Both the position numbers and the translations under genes were made by a program. A model generated the notes under the pieces. The model was not told the DNA's origin and did not search any database. It saw only the letters and a program-made list of their open reading frames with translations. This document shows, piece after piece, positions 16,922-26,775 of a stretch of DNA of 64,000 nucleotides (the first letter of the stretch is position 1; every line of letters begins with the position of its first letter). The stretch lies in NCBI GenBank assembly GCA_028822845.1, contig JAPKCS010000001.1, forward strand, positions 68,416 to 132,415, given 5' to 3'. The DNA comes from Candidatus Poseidoniaceae archaeon. GTDB taxonomy: Archaea; Thermoplasmatota; Poseidoniia; Poseidoniales; Poseidoniaceae.

Positions 16922-19671
16922 ACCGCGATTCCACCGGCAGAAACCGGGTTCATTTGCCCAATCAAAGCCGTTACTTCTTGACGAAGCATCGACAGGTCAG
17001 AAGCATCAGGTAATTCCTTTTTATCAGCCTTCAATGGGACGGGGAAACCAGGCCCAGGGATGCGTTGAAGTGCCTCACCAAGGCGCTCCGCATCGTCGAG
17101 GAAATCTTCAGTTGAGCCGGTATGCCGATGCTCCAACCTCGAACGCATCCATCGCTTGATTTTCTTTGTATTCAGACCAAGGTCAGCGAGCATACTTGCT
17201 CGTAATGCATCGTTCTCATCGCCCCGGGGCATCAAGCGCAGGCTCAGCCGAAGCAGGCGATCGATGCGAGTATCACGCGGTTCATGCCCGACATGTTGCG
17301 CCAGGCCACGTCGAACATCCGGCAATGCATCCATTCCGTCTGTGTCGATGGCTTCAGCCAATTGTGTTAGATCGATTGCTTTGAGGAACGCAGCCACATC
17401 CTGGCCTATATTTCCTTGAATGCTCGGAAGAATTCCGGTTCCTTTTGACACCGCCACAGCCGTTTCTTTAACGGCCGGTGGAGGCGTTTTCGTAACGGAA
17501 ACTTCGCTTTTTTGCTGCGGACTTGGCAATGACGCGACTGGTTGTACCACGGCTTCGTTTGGACGGATAATGGCGGGACGCAAGCCTGCAGTCAAGCCTT
17601 TTGAAGGGCCTCTACTGCTCTGTGACCCCCCTTCCATCGCCTCAAGGATTGCTTCGTGGGCATCTTCCAATGTGTCCGCCGGCATCATTGTGGGCAGGAC
17701 GCCGTGCTCAGGGATTGGGAGGAGTGTCTTTCTTGGTGGCCTTGGAGCCCATGGTGTCAGTTCAAACCCTTCATCTTCGATCGCCCGCCCTGCAAGGTGT
17801 TGAGCGTAACCAGCCACCCGCTCGTTCAGTGAAGCAATCTTGAGTGGGTTGCGCAGCGATGCTTCCACATCCAGGGCAAGGGCCAAGTCCCGGTTCCATG
17901 GCAAACAAACGAGTCGTCTCATGAGGGTTGCATGTTCTTCGATGTGGGGCCGAGCAGCGTTGAGTTTCCTTGATGCGACAACCGTATCGTTCTCAGCAAG
18001 GGCCCTCAGCCCTTCAACAGACCAACCTGAGGCGGTAAGGATTGAGAGTTCTTGATCCAATCGAGCCTTGAGGCGGTCATGGACGTCGCCGGCGATGAGT
18101 GAAGCACCCGTTCTGGTCGAGGCAACAGAGGTACCAAATCTTCTGATGTGGGCGATTTCCGCCTCGAATTCAGCCAGGGTAAAGGAAGAAGTGGCCGTGG
18201 AATCACTTGCCTTTCCTTGAGTTACAAGCCCCCGCCAATCCTGTTCCAACATTCGCCGATGCCGTGCCCCACGTCTGGCGTGATGCTCGATGAATCGAAT
18301 GGAATCATCCATGACTTCGCTATCGACATCCAACTCGCGCAACAAATCCTTCCGCGCTTCAACATCCTCGCCACCTTCAAACGAGACATCAAGGTGGGAT
18401 AATTGAGCTAAGAGGGTCACCCGTTGCTGCAACAAATCCTCGGATTGTTTGAGGCTAGCAAGCGCTGCCCTCGGGTCTGAGTGGAGGCGTTCATGCCACG
18501 AATCCATGGTCAGGCCGGCATGTTCGAAGCGTTCAATTCGCTTGATGGACTCTAATTCCAGTTGCTTCCAACGCTGATCTAAATCGTCAACAAAATCGAT
18601 GAACACTTCTGTTTGCTCGAGTTGGCCAGCGCAGTACGCTGCTTTTTTTGCTTCCTCCGGCCAGACTTCAGAAACAGACTTCCACCGAAGAAGCGCAGCA
18701 TGGTGGCGTTGTAATGTCGATTCGATTTCAGGCAAGTTTGCTTCCCATTCGAGGAGTTCACCGGCTCGAATGCCGTCGGTGTGGGGGAAAAGAATACCCT
18801 TTGTTCGCCAACCGTTCAACAGGTCGTTGAGCATGGCCATGCGTTGGTGAAGGTTGTCAGCAATCGCACTGATCTGAAGGCGCAACCCGCCGATGTCAGC
18901 GCTGGCACCCAGTTCGATCAAAGCCACTCGACGTTGTTCGTGATGGCCGGCCAGTTCAGTGTCAAAGGGAGCAATTTGTTCAGCGATGAGGAGGCGTAAA
19001 TCCTCGTGCATGTCATGTAAATCATGAATGCGGGCGACGCTGTCAAGCCCGTCAAGGATGTTCATATGTTGAATCCCAGCGATATCGTACCCCTCGCCGC
19101 CGAGCATCACGATCGCCCTGTCAATGGTGGCGCGCTGACGGGTTTCGTCTTCTTCGACGGTTCGAAGAGCATGGTCAATTGCCTCAGATTGAGCCGGATA
19201 GGCCAAGAGGGGGAGGATGACGACGGTGGATGGTTTTGAGGATGGGTCAAGGTTGTCAAAACGGGATAAAAGACTGGCATGAGCCTCTTCTTCACCCTCA
19301 TCACGCCAATCCTCTTCGCTCCTGTAGAGTGCAGGTTCCCAAGGCCGGAAATCGTTCGCCCAACTTTCGTATTCATCGAGGATCCGGTCAGCATTCATCG
19401 GGTCGTTGAGTTCACCAGCCCATGCCTCAGCCAAATCGAAAGCCCGCTCATCGGCTGATTGGCCAAGGTAGGCCGTACGTTCTTGGAGGGACCGTGATAA
19501 TTCGAGGGCGTATTCGAGGTAAAGCAACCGTTCACTGCCAATCCGCTCTTCAGCCCCGAGGTAGTCCTCTACATTGGCGGTGACCCACCCCTCAGCGTCC
19601 AATTCCATGAGCAGGTCATAGTACCAAGGCCGGTCGCTCGACGTCGAATCGTGTTCGTCCATTTTCGCCAC
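16918..19671 (-). CDS. 917-aa acidic soluble protein of unknown function (orphan)
   Basis: Uninterrupted ORF with coding-like composition. No recognisable enzymatic motif. Asp/Glu/Leu/Arg-rich with predicted long helical regions. Confidence 0.55.
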   Translation of the reverse strand: MAKMDEHDSTSSDRPWYYDLLMELDAEGWVTANVEDYLGAEERIGSERLLYLEYALELSRSLQERTAYLGQSADERAFDLAEAWAGELNDPMNADRILDEYESWANDFRPWEPALYRSEEDWRDEGEEEAHASLLSRFDNLDPSSKPSTVVILPLLAYPAQSEAIDHALRTVEEDETRQRATIDRAIVMLGGEGYDIAGIQHMNILDGLDSVARIHDLHDMHEDLRLLIAEQIAPFDTELAGHHEQRRVALIELGASADIGGLRLQISAIADNLHQRMAMLNDLLNGWRTKGILFPHTDGIRAGELLEWEANLPEIESTLQRHHAALLRWKSVSEVWPEEAKKAAYCAGQLEQTEVFIDFVDDLDQRWKQLELESIKRIERFEHAGLTMDSWHERLHSDPRAALASLKQSEDLLQQRVTLLAQLSHLDVSFEGGEDVEARKDLLRELDVDSEVMDDSIRFIEHHARRGARHRRMLEQDWRGLVTQGKASDSTATSSFTLAEFEAEIAHIRRFGTSVASTRTGASLIAGDVHDRLKARLDQELSILTASGWSVEGLRALAENDTVVASRKLNAARPHIEEHATLMRRLVCLPWNRDLALALDVEASLRNPLKIASLNERVAGYAQHLAGRAIEDEGFELTPWAPRPPRKTLLPIPEHGVLPTMMPADTLEDAHEAILEAMEGGSQSSRGPSKGLTAGLRPAIIRPNEAVVQPVASLPSPQQKSEVSVTKTPPPAVKETAVAVSKGTGILPSIQGNIGQDVAAFLKAIDLTQLAEAIDTDGMDALPDVRRGLAQHVGHEPRDTRIDRLLRLSLRLMPRGDENDALRASMLADLGLNTKKIKRWMRSRLEHRHTGSTEDFLDDAERLGEALQRIPGPGFPVPLKADKKELPDASDLSMLRQEVTALIGQMNPVSAGGIAV

Positions 19672-19839
19672 CTCAAGCGCTCAACACGAGCGAGAGCCTT
19701 TCAATGTGAGCAAAGATAACAACGATTGTTGTTTAGTTTTGAGACCTAAACTCGCTTTCCAAGCGCCAAAGGCTAGGGTCTGTGGCGATGAAAAAAGGGT
19801 CAAACAAACCGCTTGAAGCACCCTCGATGTTCCGCAGAC

Positions 19840-19847
19840 CATAAAGG
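19840..19847 (+). promoter_or_regulatory. TATA-like box (CATAAAGG) about 27 nt upstream of the ATG at 19870
   Basis: ccataaaggtgcaaagaagaggtgagacgcaATG. An AGAGGTGA SD-like motif is also present. Confidence 0.3.
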
Positions 19848-19869
19848 TGCAAAGAAGAGGTGAGACGCA

Positions 19870-22164
19870 ATGGAACCTATCACTGCTGCATTTGGCCTCG
19901 CTTGTATAGCCGCAAGTGGAGGTGCTGGTTTCTGGCTCAAGAAGGTCGACCAACGCCTAACAAGCGTGAATGAAACCTCTGTTGTTCTGCAGCAAGCACA
20001 GTCCGCCCACTTCACCCACCTCAACAACGAAGTTGGCGCATTGCAGCATCACGTTCAGCAGATGACCGAACTTGTGACAGCACTTCGGGCCACCAACCCA
20101 GAAATGCATGGCGCGATTCTTGCACATGAGATCATCACAGCGTTCGAACATTCCCCCGAAGAGGACAGCACGATCGCTGGGCAAGCTTTGGCAGCACTCG
20201 AAACCCTCGTTGCATCGATTTCTACAGACGCCACCGTCGGCGACGAGGAGCTTCTCTCCGCAACTTCAGCTTCCTTGCTTGGGCGCCTCTTGTCGGCGTT
20301 CGACTCACGGGACATCACTGCAATCGGCCTTGGATTAAACCCGGTTGCCGCCCATCGTCTTGGCCATGCATCCCTTCTGCTTGCCCGATTTGACTGGGCA
20401 GAATCTTGTTTTGGAATGGCGTACCAATCTTCACCAGGAAACGCAAACATCCTCGAAGCCTTGGAACACATTGCTTTGCTCAAAGGCGACGACGAAGTTC
20501 GACGGCATTGGCTCGAAGCACGCATGACCGTCCATCCAGATCAACCGGACTTGCTCCGCTCACACGCCCATCTCCTCGCTAAACTTGGTGATGCAGATGC
20601 AGAGCGCGACGTTCTCCGACTCGAAGCATTGGGTGTTGACACAGCAGCTGACCGTTCCCTTCTCTCAGGCCTCCGTGCCCGAGCAGGTTCTCGTTCTGAA
20701 GCATTAGAGGCGATTGAACAAGCTCTTGCCGAAGACCCACACCAATCTGCAGATTGGCTAAGTTATGCCCAACTTCTCAGTGAAGAAGGCGAAACAGGAA
20801 AGGCCCACCAAGCGGTTGACCGCTGCTTAGAACTGGACCGCCAGAGCGGCCAGGCATGGGCTCTTTTAGCTCAACTTCTCGCCCCGCAAGGCAACCGGGC
20901 AAAAGAGGCACTGAAAGCCGCAACACACGCCGTCGCCCTCGATGCAGGCGGCACAGACCTCCTCTTCCTGAAGAGCGATCTACAGCACGCTGACGGGTCG
21001 ATATCTGCCGCCGAAGAAACATTGGAAAAAGGACTCCTAAAGAGCCCAGATAACGCTGAACTCCGCGCCCGTATGGCGAGCAGAAAACTTCTCGATGGTC
21101 ATCACGAAGCCGCTCAAAAATTACTCGATGAGACGCCCTTCGGCATCGATCACGCTTTGTTGCATGTGGTCGAAGGACGACTCCATCTTGCATTGTGCGA
21201 TCGTGCCCGGGATGGGACAGGACAAACCGATGCCATCCTTCTGGCGGACGCTGTATCATCCTTTGAGGGAGCTCTCAAACTCAACCGGGAACTTGGTGTT
21301 GCTTGGCTTGGGCTCGCTCGTACCAAGCGATTGCTCAAGGACCTCGAAGGCGCAAGCGAAGACATGAATCGCGCCATGCGTTTGCTCCCTGACCAAGATC
21401 CATCGGCCTCTGCAGAAGCAGCCCTCTTAGCCATTGAAATGGATGATCTTTCGACGGCGAGCAAGCATATTGATGCAGCCGATGTCCATGGAAAATCAGT
21501 CACAGTTGCCTATGTCCGTGGCAACATAGCCCTCCGCCGTGGTCAATTTGAACACGCCCTCGGCCATTACAACGACGCCCTCAACATCGGACCAAATCAT
21601 ATCCGGGCTCGCCTGAACCGATGCAGCACCCTGATGGCCCTCAATCAAAACAAGAAGGCATTGGATGATGCTCAAATCCTTGTTGATTTAGCTCCGGCAT
21701 TGATGCTCGCTCGTTTGCGTAGGTCAGAAGCACTGATGCAACTGGGTGAATGGTCGCAAGCCCGAGACGACTTGAAAATTGTTCTCGATGCGTCGCCACA
21801 TCACTACCAAGCCCTCACCCAACTCGCAGCCTGCTACATGGCATTGGAGCGTCCAGAACGAGCTGAAAACCCACTCAATGAAGCGATTCGTCTGCAACCA
21901 AATTACGCACCAGCATGGCACCAGAGAGGTATTCTTTATCTGGAAATTGAGCGAAATGAAAACGCGCTTAATGATTTCGAAGCAGCCGTACGTTGCGACG
22001 GAACCCACCTCGACGCCCACCTCCGCATCGCTGCAATTCACCATCAAGCAGAACGGTTTGATCAGGCAGAAGCTGCTTGGCGCGCCGTGCTAACGGTTGA
22101 CCAAGATCACACAGTGGCGCGTGCCCGGCTGGCAGAATGCGAAGTTCAATTGCTCAAGGCTTGA
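19870..22164 (+). CDS. Tetratricopeptide-repeat (TPR) protein with N-terminal TM anchor
   Basis: N-terminal TM AAFGLACIAASGGAGFWL followed by more than 10 TPR-like 34-aa helical repeats (e.g. AWHQRGILYLEIERNENALNDFEAAVRCD). Confidence 0.65.
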   Translation: MEPITAAFGLACIAASGGAGFWLKKVDQRLTSVNETSVVLQQAQSAHFTHLNNEVGALQHHVQQMTELVTALRATNPEMHGAILAHEIITAFEHSPEEDSTIAGQALAALETLVASISTDATVGDEELLSATSASLLGRLLSAFDSRDITAIGLGLNPVAAHRLGHASLLLARFDWAESCFGMAYQSSPGNANILEALEHIALLKGDDEVRRHWLEARMTVHPDQPDLLRSHAHLLAKLGDADAERDVLRLEALGVDTAADRSLLSGLRARAGSRSEALEAIEQALAEDPHQSADWLSYAQLLSEEGETGKAHQAVDRCLELDRQSGQAWALLAQLLAPQGNRAKEALKAATHAVALDAGGTDLLFLKSDLQHADGSISAAEETLEKGLLKSPDNAELRARMASRKLLDGHHEAAQKLLDETPFGIDHALLHVVEGRLHLALCDRARDGTGQTDAILLADAVSSFEGALKLNRELGVAWLGLARTKRLLKDLEGASEDMNRAMRLLPDQDPSASAEAALLAIEMDDLSTASKHIDAADVHGKSVTVAYVRGNIALRRGQFEHALGHYNDALNIGPNHIRARLNRCSTLMALNQNKKALDDAQILVDLAPALMLARLRRSEALMQLGEWSQARDDLKIVLDASPHHYQALTQLAACYMALERPERAENPLNEAIRLQPNYAPAWHQRGILYLEIERNENALNDFEAAVRCDGTHLDAHLRIAAIHHQAERFDQAEAAWRAVLTVDQDHTVARARLAECEVQLLKA

Positions 22165-22224
22165 TGCAAGCGAACCGCTTCAGTCTCACAAAGGCTTGAT
22201 ACGGCCCCCGTTCTTCAGTGGGGT

Positions 22225-23310
22225 ATGGGCTTTGAAAAACATATCACTCCGATCGTGGCGTTGCTCTTTTTTCTCCTCATCGCCCGAGAGATTTACCCTT
22301 ACGCCGACCCCCTCAATGCCGAGGTAGCGGAAGGGTTTGAGATCGAAAAAGTAGCCACAGGTTTCGGCGGACCAACATGCTTGACATGGGCGAATCAAGA
22401 TTTTTTGTTGATGTGTGATCGAGATGGTGGCAGGATTCTCCTGCTTGACGCAACGGACGGTTTCAGTGAAACAGTTCTCGTTACGGGGCTCGATCACCCA
22501 CACGGTCTTCACCTTACGGCGGAGCATTTGTTTGTGTCAGAAGAAGGCGTCTTGGCCAAATACGAGCGAAACAATTGGACGTTTGATCAACGAACAAACC
22601 TGATCGAAGGCGTGCCAAGCGGTAACCACCAAACCAATGCCATCAACGCCTTCCCAAACGGGACCCTCATCTGGCACAGCGGCTCAACCTGCAATGTTTG
22701 TGCAGAAACAGATGAACGCAACGCAGCCCTGCTTTGGGTTGACCCAGTTACGGGAGATCATGGCGTCCTTGCTTCAGGCGTTCGCAATTCATTCCATGGC
22801 GTCTGGGTCGAGAATGTTGGTTACCTTTTCAGCGACAATGGGCGGGATTGGGAAGGAGACCACCCCCGTGAAGAAATCAATTTGCTCGTGAATGGCGCTG
22901 CATATGGCTGGCCAGATGACGACCCGGACCATCCAGTCCCAGACGGCACGGTCGCCCCAGTTGCGACGTGGACGCCCCATACTTCGCTTAACGGACTTGC
23001 ACTTCGGCCGGACTCATCTCCACTCCCTGGTTTGAATGCAAGCGAAGGCCAAGGATTCACCCTGTACGCCACCGTCTATGGTTCGTGGAACACCGTGATC
23101 CCCCAAGGCCAAGAGATTGTTCGAATCGATTTCATTCCAAAAAACACATCCGAAGGAGATCAGCCTGTTGATCAGTGGGAAACCCAAACCACCCGTTTCG
23201 CAACCGATATCGGTACACCCCTGCCGCTGGCGTTTGCACCAGATGGTTCGTTGTATTACGCTACTTTTGGTGGCGGAGGCGTCCTATACAGAATCGCATC
23301 AGTTGGTTAA
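22225..23310 (+). CDS. Soluble PQQ-dependent sugar dehydrogenase-like (SGDH/YliI family) beta-propeller protein
   Basis: GLDHPHGLHL and EEINLLVNGAAYGWP (family motif DE.N....G.NYGWP). N-terminal signal/TM. Confidence 0.5.
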   Translation: MGFEKHITPIVALLFFLLIAREIYPYADPLNAEVAEGFEIEKVATGFGGPTCLTWANQDFLLMCDRDGGRILLLDATDGFSETVLVTGLDHPHGLHLTAEHLFVSEEGVLAKYERNNWTFDQRTNLIEGVPSGNHQTNAINAFPNGTLIWHSGSTCNVCAETDERNAALLWVDPVTGDHGVLASGVRNSFHGVWVENVGYLFSDNGRDWEGDHPREEINLLVNGAAYGWPDDDPDHPVPDGTVAPVATWTPHTSLNGLALRPDSSPLPGLNASEGQGFTLYATVYGSWNTVIPQGQEIVRIDFIPKNTSEGDQPVDQWETQTTRFATDIGTPLPLAFAPDGSLYYATFGGGGVLYRIASVG

Positions 23311-23418
23311 AATCAGGTAAAGCAAGAACCTTCGAACCGACGGTAAAGGGGAAAATCGCCAGAAAGAACGTCGTTCATTGCACAGCAGTTTGTCCCCGAT
23401 CAAGAGAAATGCTGTGAT

Positions 23419-24555
23419 TCACAATCCATTGAGCCAATTGCTGAGGCGGGACACACCCTCTCGGATGTTTTCCGGTGAGGTGGCGTATGAGATTCGAACA
23501 AACCCTTCGCCGCCATCCATCAAGGAACCAGGAATCAACTGCACCTTTGCTTCATCTAAAGCTCGCTGAGCGAATTCGATGTCGCCCATACCTGTGCCGG
23601 TCACATCACAAAAGGCGTAGAAGGCACCTTCTGGTTTTGGAACCACTAAGCCTGGTAATTGGCTGAGCAGGCCGTGGATAAGTTCGCCCCGCTGCTTGAA
23701 TGAAGCGGCCATTGCCGTGATTTCCTCTTCGAGGCCAAGCGCCACCGTAGCGGCAGGCATCATGAACGTGGCCACATGGGTTGCTGCGCTGACATTGATT
23801 TTCTTTACACCATCCATGACCGACTTCGGCCCCGTGATCCAACCAAGGCGCCAACCAGTCATGGCCCAACCCTTCGACCAGCCCCCGAGGGTGATGGTGC
23901 GTTCAGCACCGCCCGGTAGGGTAGAAGGCGAAGTGTACGGGTGTTCAGACCAGACCAGTGTGGCATAGATCATGTCGTCGATGATCCAAAGGTCATGCTT
24001 CACGGCAAAAGCAACGAGCCGCTCGATTTCTTCCGGAGTGTAAACGGCACCGGTTGGATTGTTCGGAGAATTGAGTAAGATGGCCTTGGTCTTGGGCGTT
24101 ATTGCCGCTTCAAGGTGGTCAAAATTTGGATGATAGTTGTCTTTGCGAACCTGAACATGCACGGGGACGGCGCCCAGGAGCTTGACCATGCCATCATAGG
24201 AAGGCCACGCTGGCGAAAGAAGCAGGACTTCATCATCAGCGTTCAAGGTGGCCATGAGTGCGTAAAGAATTGCTTGCTTACACCCCGGAGAAATCAGGAC
24301 GTCGAGAGGGTCCGCGACGATTCCATATCCCCCGAGGTGAGCTGCCACGGCTTCACAGAGTTCTTGTGAACCTTGGGTTCGTGTGTAGGTGGTTTCACCC
24401 CGATCAAGGGCTGCTTTAGCGGCGTCAACGACGGGGAGAGGGGTGTCAAAATCAGGCTGGCCGACTGTGAAGCGGATGACGTCCGGGCCAGGCGGTGCGA
24501 GAAAGGAAGCGAAGCCAATGCCAACGTTGGACAGTGAACGGTTCATTCCTGGCAT
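23419..24555 (-). CDS. Class-I PLP-dependent aminotransferase (aspartate/aromatic aminotransferase family)
   Basis: 378 aa with typical AAT-like fold I blocks (NSPNNPTGAVYT, WSKGWAMTGWRLGW containing the PLP lysine context). Confidence 0.75.
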   Translation of the reverse strand: MPGMNRSLSNVGIGFASFLAPPGPDVIRFTVGQPDFDTPLPVVDAAKAALDRGETTYTRTQGSQELCEAVAAHLGGYGIVADPLDVLISPGCKQAILYALMATLNADDEVLLLSPAWPSYDGMVKLLGAVPVHVQVRKDNYHPNFDHLEAAITPKTKAILLNSPNNPTGAVYTPEEIERLVAFAVKHDLWIIDDMIYATLVWSEHPYTSPSTLPGGAERTITLGGWSKGWAMTGWRLGWITGPKSVMDGVKKINVSAATHVATFMMPAATVALGLEEEITAMAASFKQRGELIHGLLSQLPGLVVPKPEGAFYAFCDVTGTGMGDIEFAQRALDEAKVQLIPGSLMDGGEGFVRISYATSPENIREGVSRLSNWLNGL

Positions 24556-24662
24556 TGTGATTCCTCGCGCATTGAACGGACCTGTTCAATGGCCCAACGA
24601 ATGCGCCATTGAATATCAAGACTGCGCGCGAACCTAACGCGATGGGTAGGTTTGTTTGAAAG

Positions 24663-24733
24663 AGCACAGGCTGGGATTTGAACCCAGGTGAGAGGATTTG
24701 CAATCCCCGACGTAGCCGCTCCGACACCCGTGC
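24663..24733 (-). tRNA. tRNA-Cys (anticodon GCA)
   Basis: Minus-strand 71 nt. Acceptor GCACGGG/CCTGTGC, U73 discriminator typical of tRNA-Cys, anticodon stem-loop GGGGA-TTGCAAA-TCCTC, T-arm CTGGG-TTCAAAT-CCCAG. The D-stem is weak by eye. Confidence 0.65.
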
Positions 24734-24841
24734 AGTAATCCATGGGATTGACCAGTTCTATTTCAACGCGACCGCAGACAATAAAACGCTGTCCGATTGA
24801 GCCGGGGTTGGTTTAATCACAACCTCTGCGTTGCACCAACC

Positions 24842-26038
24842 ATGGACCCGTCGCCAGATGACACAGGAGGGCTTGTGCCAAGCCAATCCTTTTTTTCGGG
24901 GGAAATCGCATCTGAGGCCCCCGTGGCTGTCACGCTGGGTACATTCGGAGAAGGCGATGGCTCGGTAAAACCCAATCCATTTGGCACCCCAAACCAACCA
25001 ATGCTCCAGGGCGGCGCTTCACCGATGGGGCAAATTGTCCAGCCATCAAAGAAACCGTTTAGGTGGATGCAATTCTTTCTTGGATTGACTCTGCCGATTG
25101 TGATTGTCGTCAGCGTCAGCATCCTCGCAGGACAAGTAAATCAAAACAGTTGGGAAAATGCATATTTTGATGAAAGGCATGCCCTTTCACCCGACTCAAA
25201 CGGGCACTACTCCAAATCAATCGAAATGGAAGACGGGCACATCATGGAACAATGTTCGATTTCCAAACCCTCCGACTTAGGAGGGGGCTTTTCTGACGTA
25301 GGGTTCTATTGCACCGTCGATCACGAACAAGCCGATTATTTGCTTGAAGTGTTTCAAGAAAAAGAGTATATCCCAACCATTGAGCCGACTCAACTGACCA
25401 TCGATGAAGCGAACGGGACCCTTTCTCTTTCCTTCAACGGGGCATTTGAAGAACGACCCGGTATCTATGGCACCATTTACACTGATTCTGGTAATTTTGT
25501 TTCTAACTTCAACTCCCAAACAACGTTTGTGAACAATGAACAGAACGGTTCTTTCAACCACTCCTTCCCCCCACAGAGCGAATCCGTTGATGTTTACCTC
25601 ATGTTGTATTTCCACGAGCATTCAGAATATGTTCAGATCAATAACTGGGACAGCGGTGATCAGATGGGGGGCCTACATCAAGAGGGCCATTACATCTTTA
25701 CAGGGGAAACAGGATGGCGCGATGGCGATCTCATTGGAGAATATACATTGAGAAACAGCACCCTTTGGTTTGTTCCAAACGGCTCGTATACCAATGATTA
25801 TTTCTTTGAGATTCAGATTTATGATGAGCGGACAGATGATGCAAATTACTTTTGGAGGGAGGCTGTGAATGGATCTTTTTGTTGCATGCCGCTGGTTTAC
25901 TTGGGGGCCATTATCATGGCCTTTGTTCGGGGCAACAAGGGACTCGGCTGGGGGCTCGTCTCATCTGGGGCAGCCACGGTTCTCCTGATCGGCGCGTTCT
26001 TTGTGTTGCTCATCGCTGCTTATTCGGGCGGTTTCTGA
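24842..26038 (+). CDS. Surface-exposed membrane protein with N-terminal TM, a large extracytoplasmic domain rich in N-x-S/T sequons, and 2 C-terminal TM helices
   Basis: Likely start MDPSPDD (the ORF track starts at 24797). More than 12 NxS/T sequons (NGT, NGS, NHS, NST...). C-terminal hydrophobic segments. Confidence 0.5.
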   Translation: MDPSPDDTGGLVPSQSFFSGEIASEAPVAVTLGTFGEGDGSVKPNPFGTPNQPMLQGGASPMGQIVQPSKKPFRWMQFFLGLTLPIVIVVSVSILAGQVNQNSWENAYFDERHALSPDSNGHYSKSIEMEDGHIMEQCSISKPSDLGGGFSDVGFYCTVDHEQADYLLEVFQEKEYIPTIEPTQLTIDEANGTLSLSFNGAFEERPGIYGTIYTDSGNFVSNFNSQTTFVNNEQNGSFNHSFPPQSESVDVYLMLYFHEHSEYVQINNWDSGDQMGGLHQEGHYIFTGETGWRDGDLIGEYTLRNSTLWFVPNGSYTNDYFFEIQIYDERTDDANYFWREAVNGSFCCMPLVYLGAIIMAFVRGNKGLGWGLVSSGAATVLLIGAFFVLLIAAYSGGF

Positions 26039-26100
26039 AACACGCCTCAGCATCGTAGGGTTAATCTTCATCCGGCCGCAGGTCGGTACGAGGCTATCTT

Positions 26101-26634
26101 GTGAAAATCGTGAACCCCGCTGTGATGCTCCCTGGAAGCAACCCTGCAAGTTCGTATTTCGACTGCCGGTACGCCGTGCTCCGAGAACCCCTCGGGTTTG
26201 AACGGGGCGCAGAACACCTCGCCGATGATTCAGCTGCGATTCATGCTTGGGTGGCTCAGGGTGATCGTGTTCTATCAGTCGGGAGGGCTCACCTTATCCC
26301 CGAAGGCAGCGATGGTTCCGCACCTGATCATGCTGGGCCTGGGGCGACGACATGCCCAGCTTTTGGCCCACTTGCAGACGCAGAAAACCGACCTGCGATT
26401 CAAATTCGACAAATGGGCACCCGCGCCGAAGCCCAACGCATGGGCCATGCCAGCGACGTTCTTTCCGCCCTCGAATCTGCTGCTACAACCCATTTCTCGG
26501 CTAAAATAGGCCTCCTTCAAGCCAGACAGGACGCCATCCCCTTCTACCTCTCTCGGGGCTGGCAACTGATCGATGACCCTTACACAATTTCGAACATAGG
26601 GCCACATCGTTCAATGATGAAACAATTAAAATGA
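26101..26634 (+). CDS. GNAT-family N-acetyltransferase (probable)
   Basis: 177 aa with a GNAT-like core block (QIRQMGTRAEAQRMGHASDVLSALE..FYLSRGWQ). GTG start. Confidence 0.45.
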   Translation: MKIVNPAVMLPGSNPASSYFDCRYAVLREPLGFERGAEHLADDSAAIHAWVAQGDRVLSVGRAHLIPEGSDGSAPDHAGPGATTCPAFGPLADAENRPAIQIRQMGTRAEAQRMGHASDVLSALESAATTHFSAKIGLLQARQDAIPFYLSRGWQLIDDPYTISNIGPHRSMMKQLK

Positions 26635-26775
26635 TAATTTTCTGTTATATATTGTCGAACTGATCTACAATCCAGAGACTCATACCCGCCCAGTGCGATT
26701 TTGTGTAAACATGAAAACAAGAACGAACCGACACCGTATGTGATCTTCCCACGACGTACGTCGTTCGGAGGTGAT

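Noticed and set aside
24663-24790. Integrated mobile element at tRNA-Cys / tRNA-Arg
   Set aside because: No integrase, recombinase, transposase or direct repeat of the tRNA 3' end is visible within the window, and the neighbouring genes are ordinary metabolic or surface genes.
26645-26653. ttatatatt TATA box as the promoter of the 26776 gene
   Set aside because: It lies about 125 nt upstream of the SD-supported ATG, too far for an archaeal core promoter unless there is a long leader. I left it unassigned.
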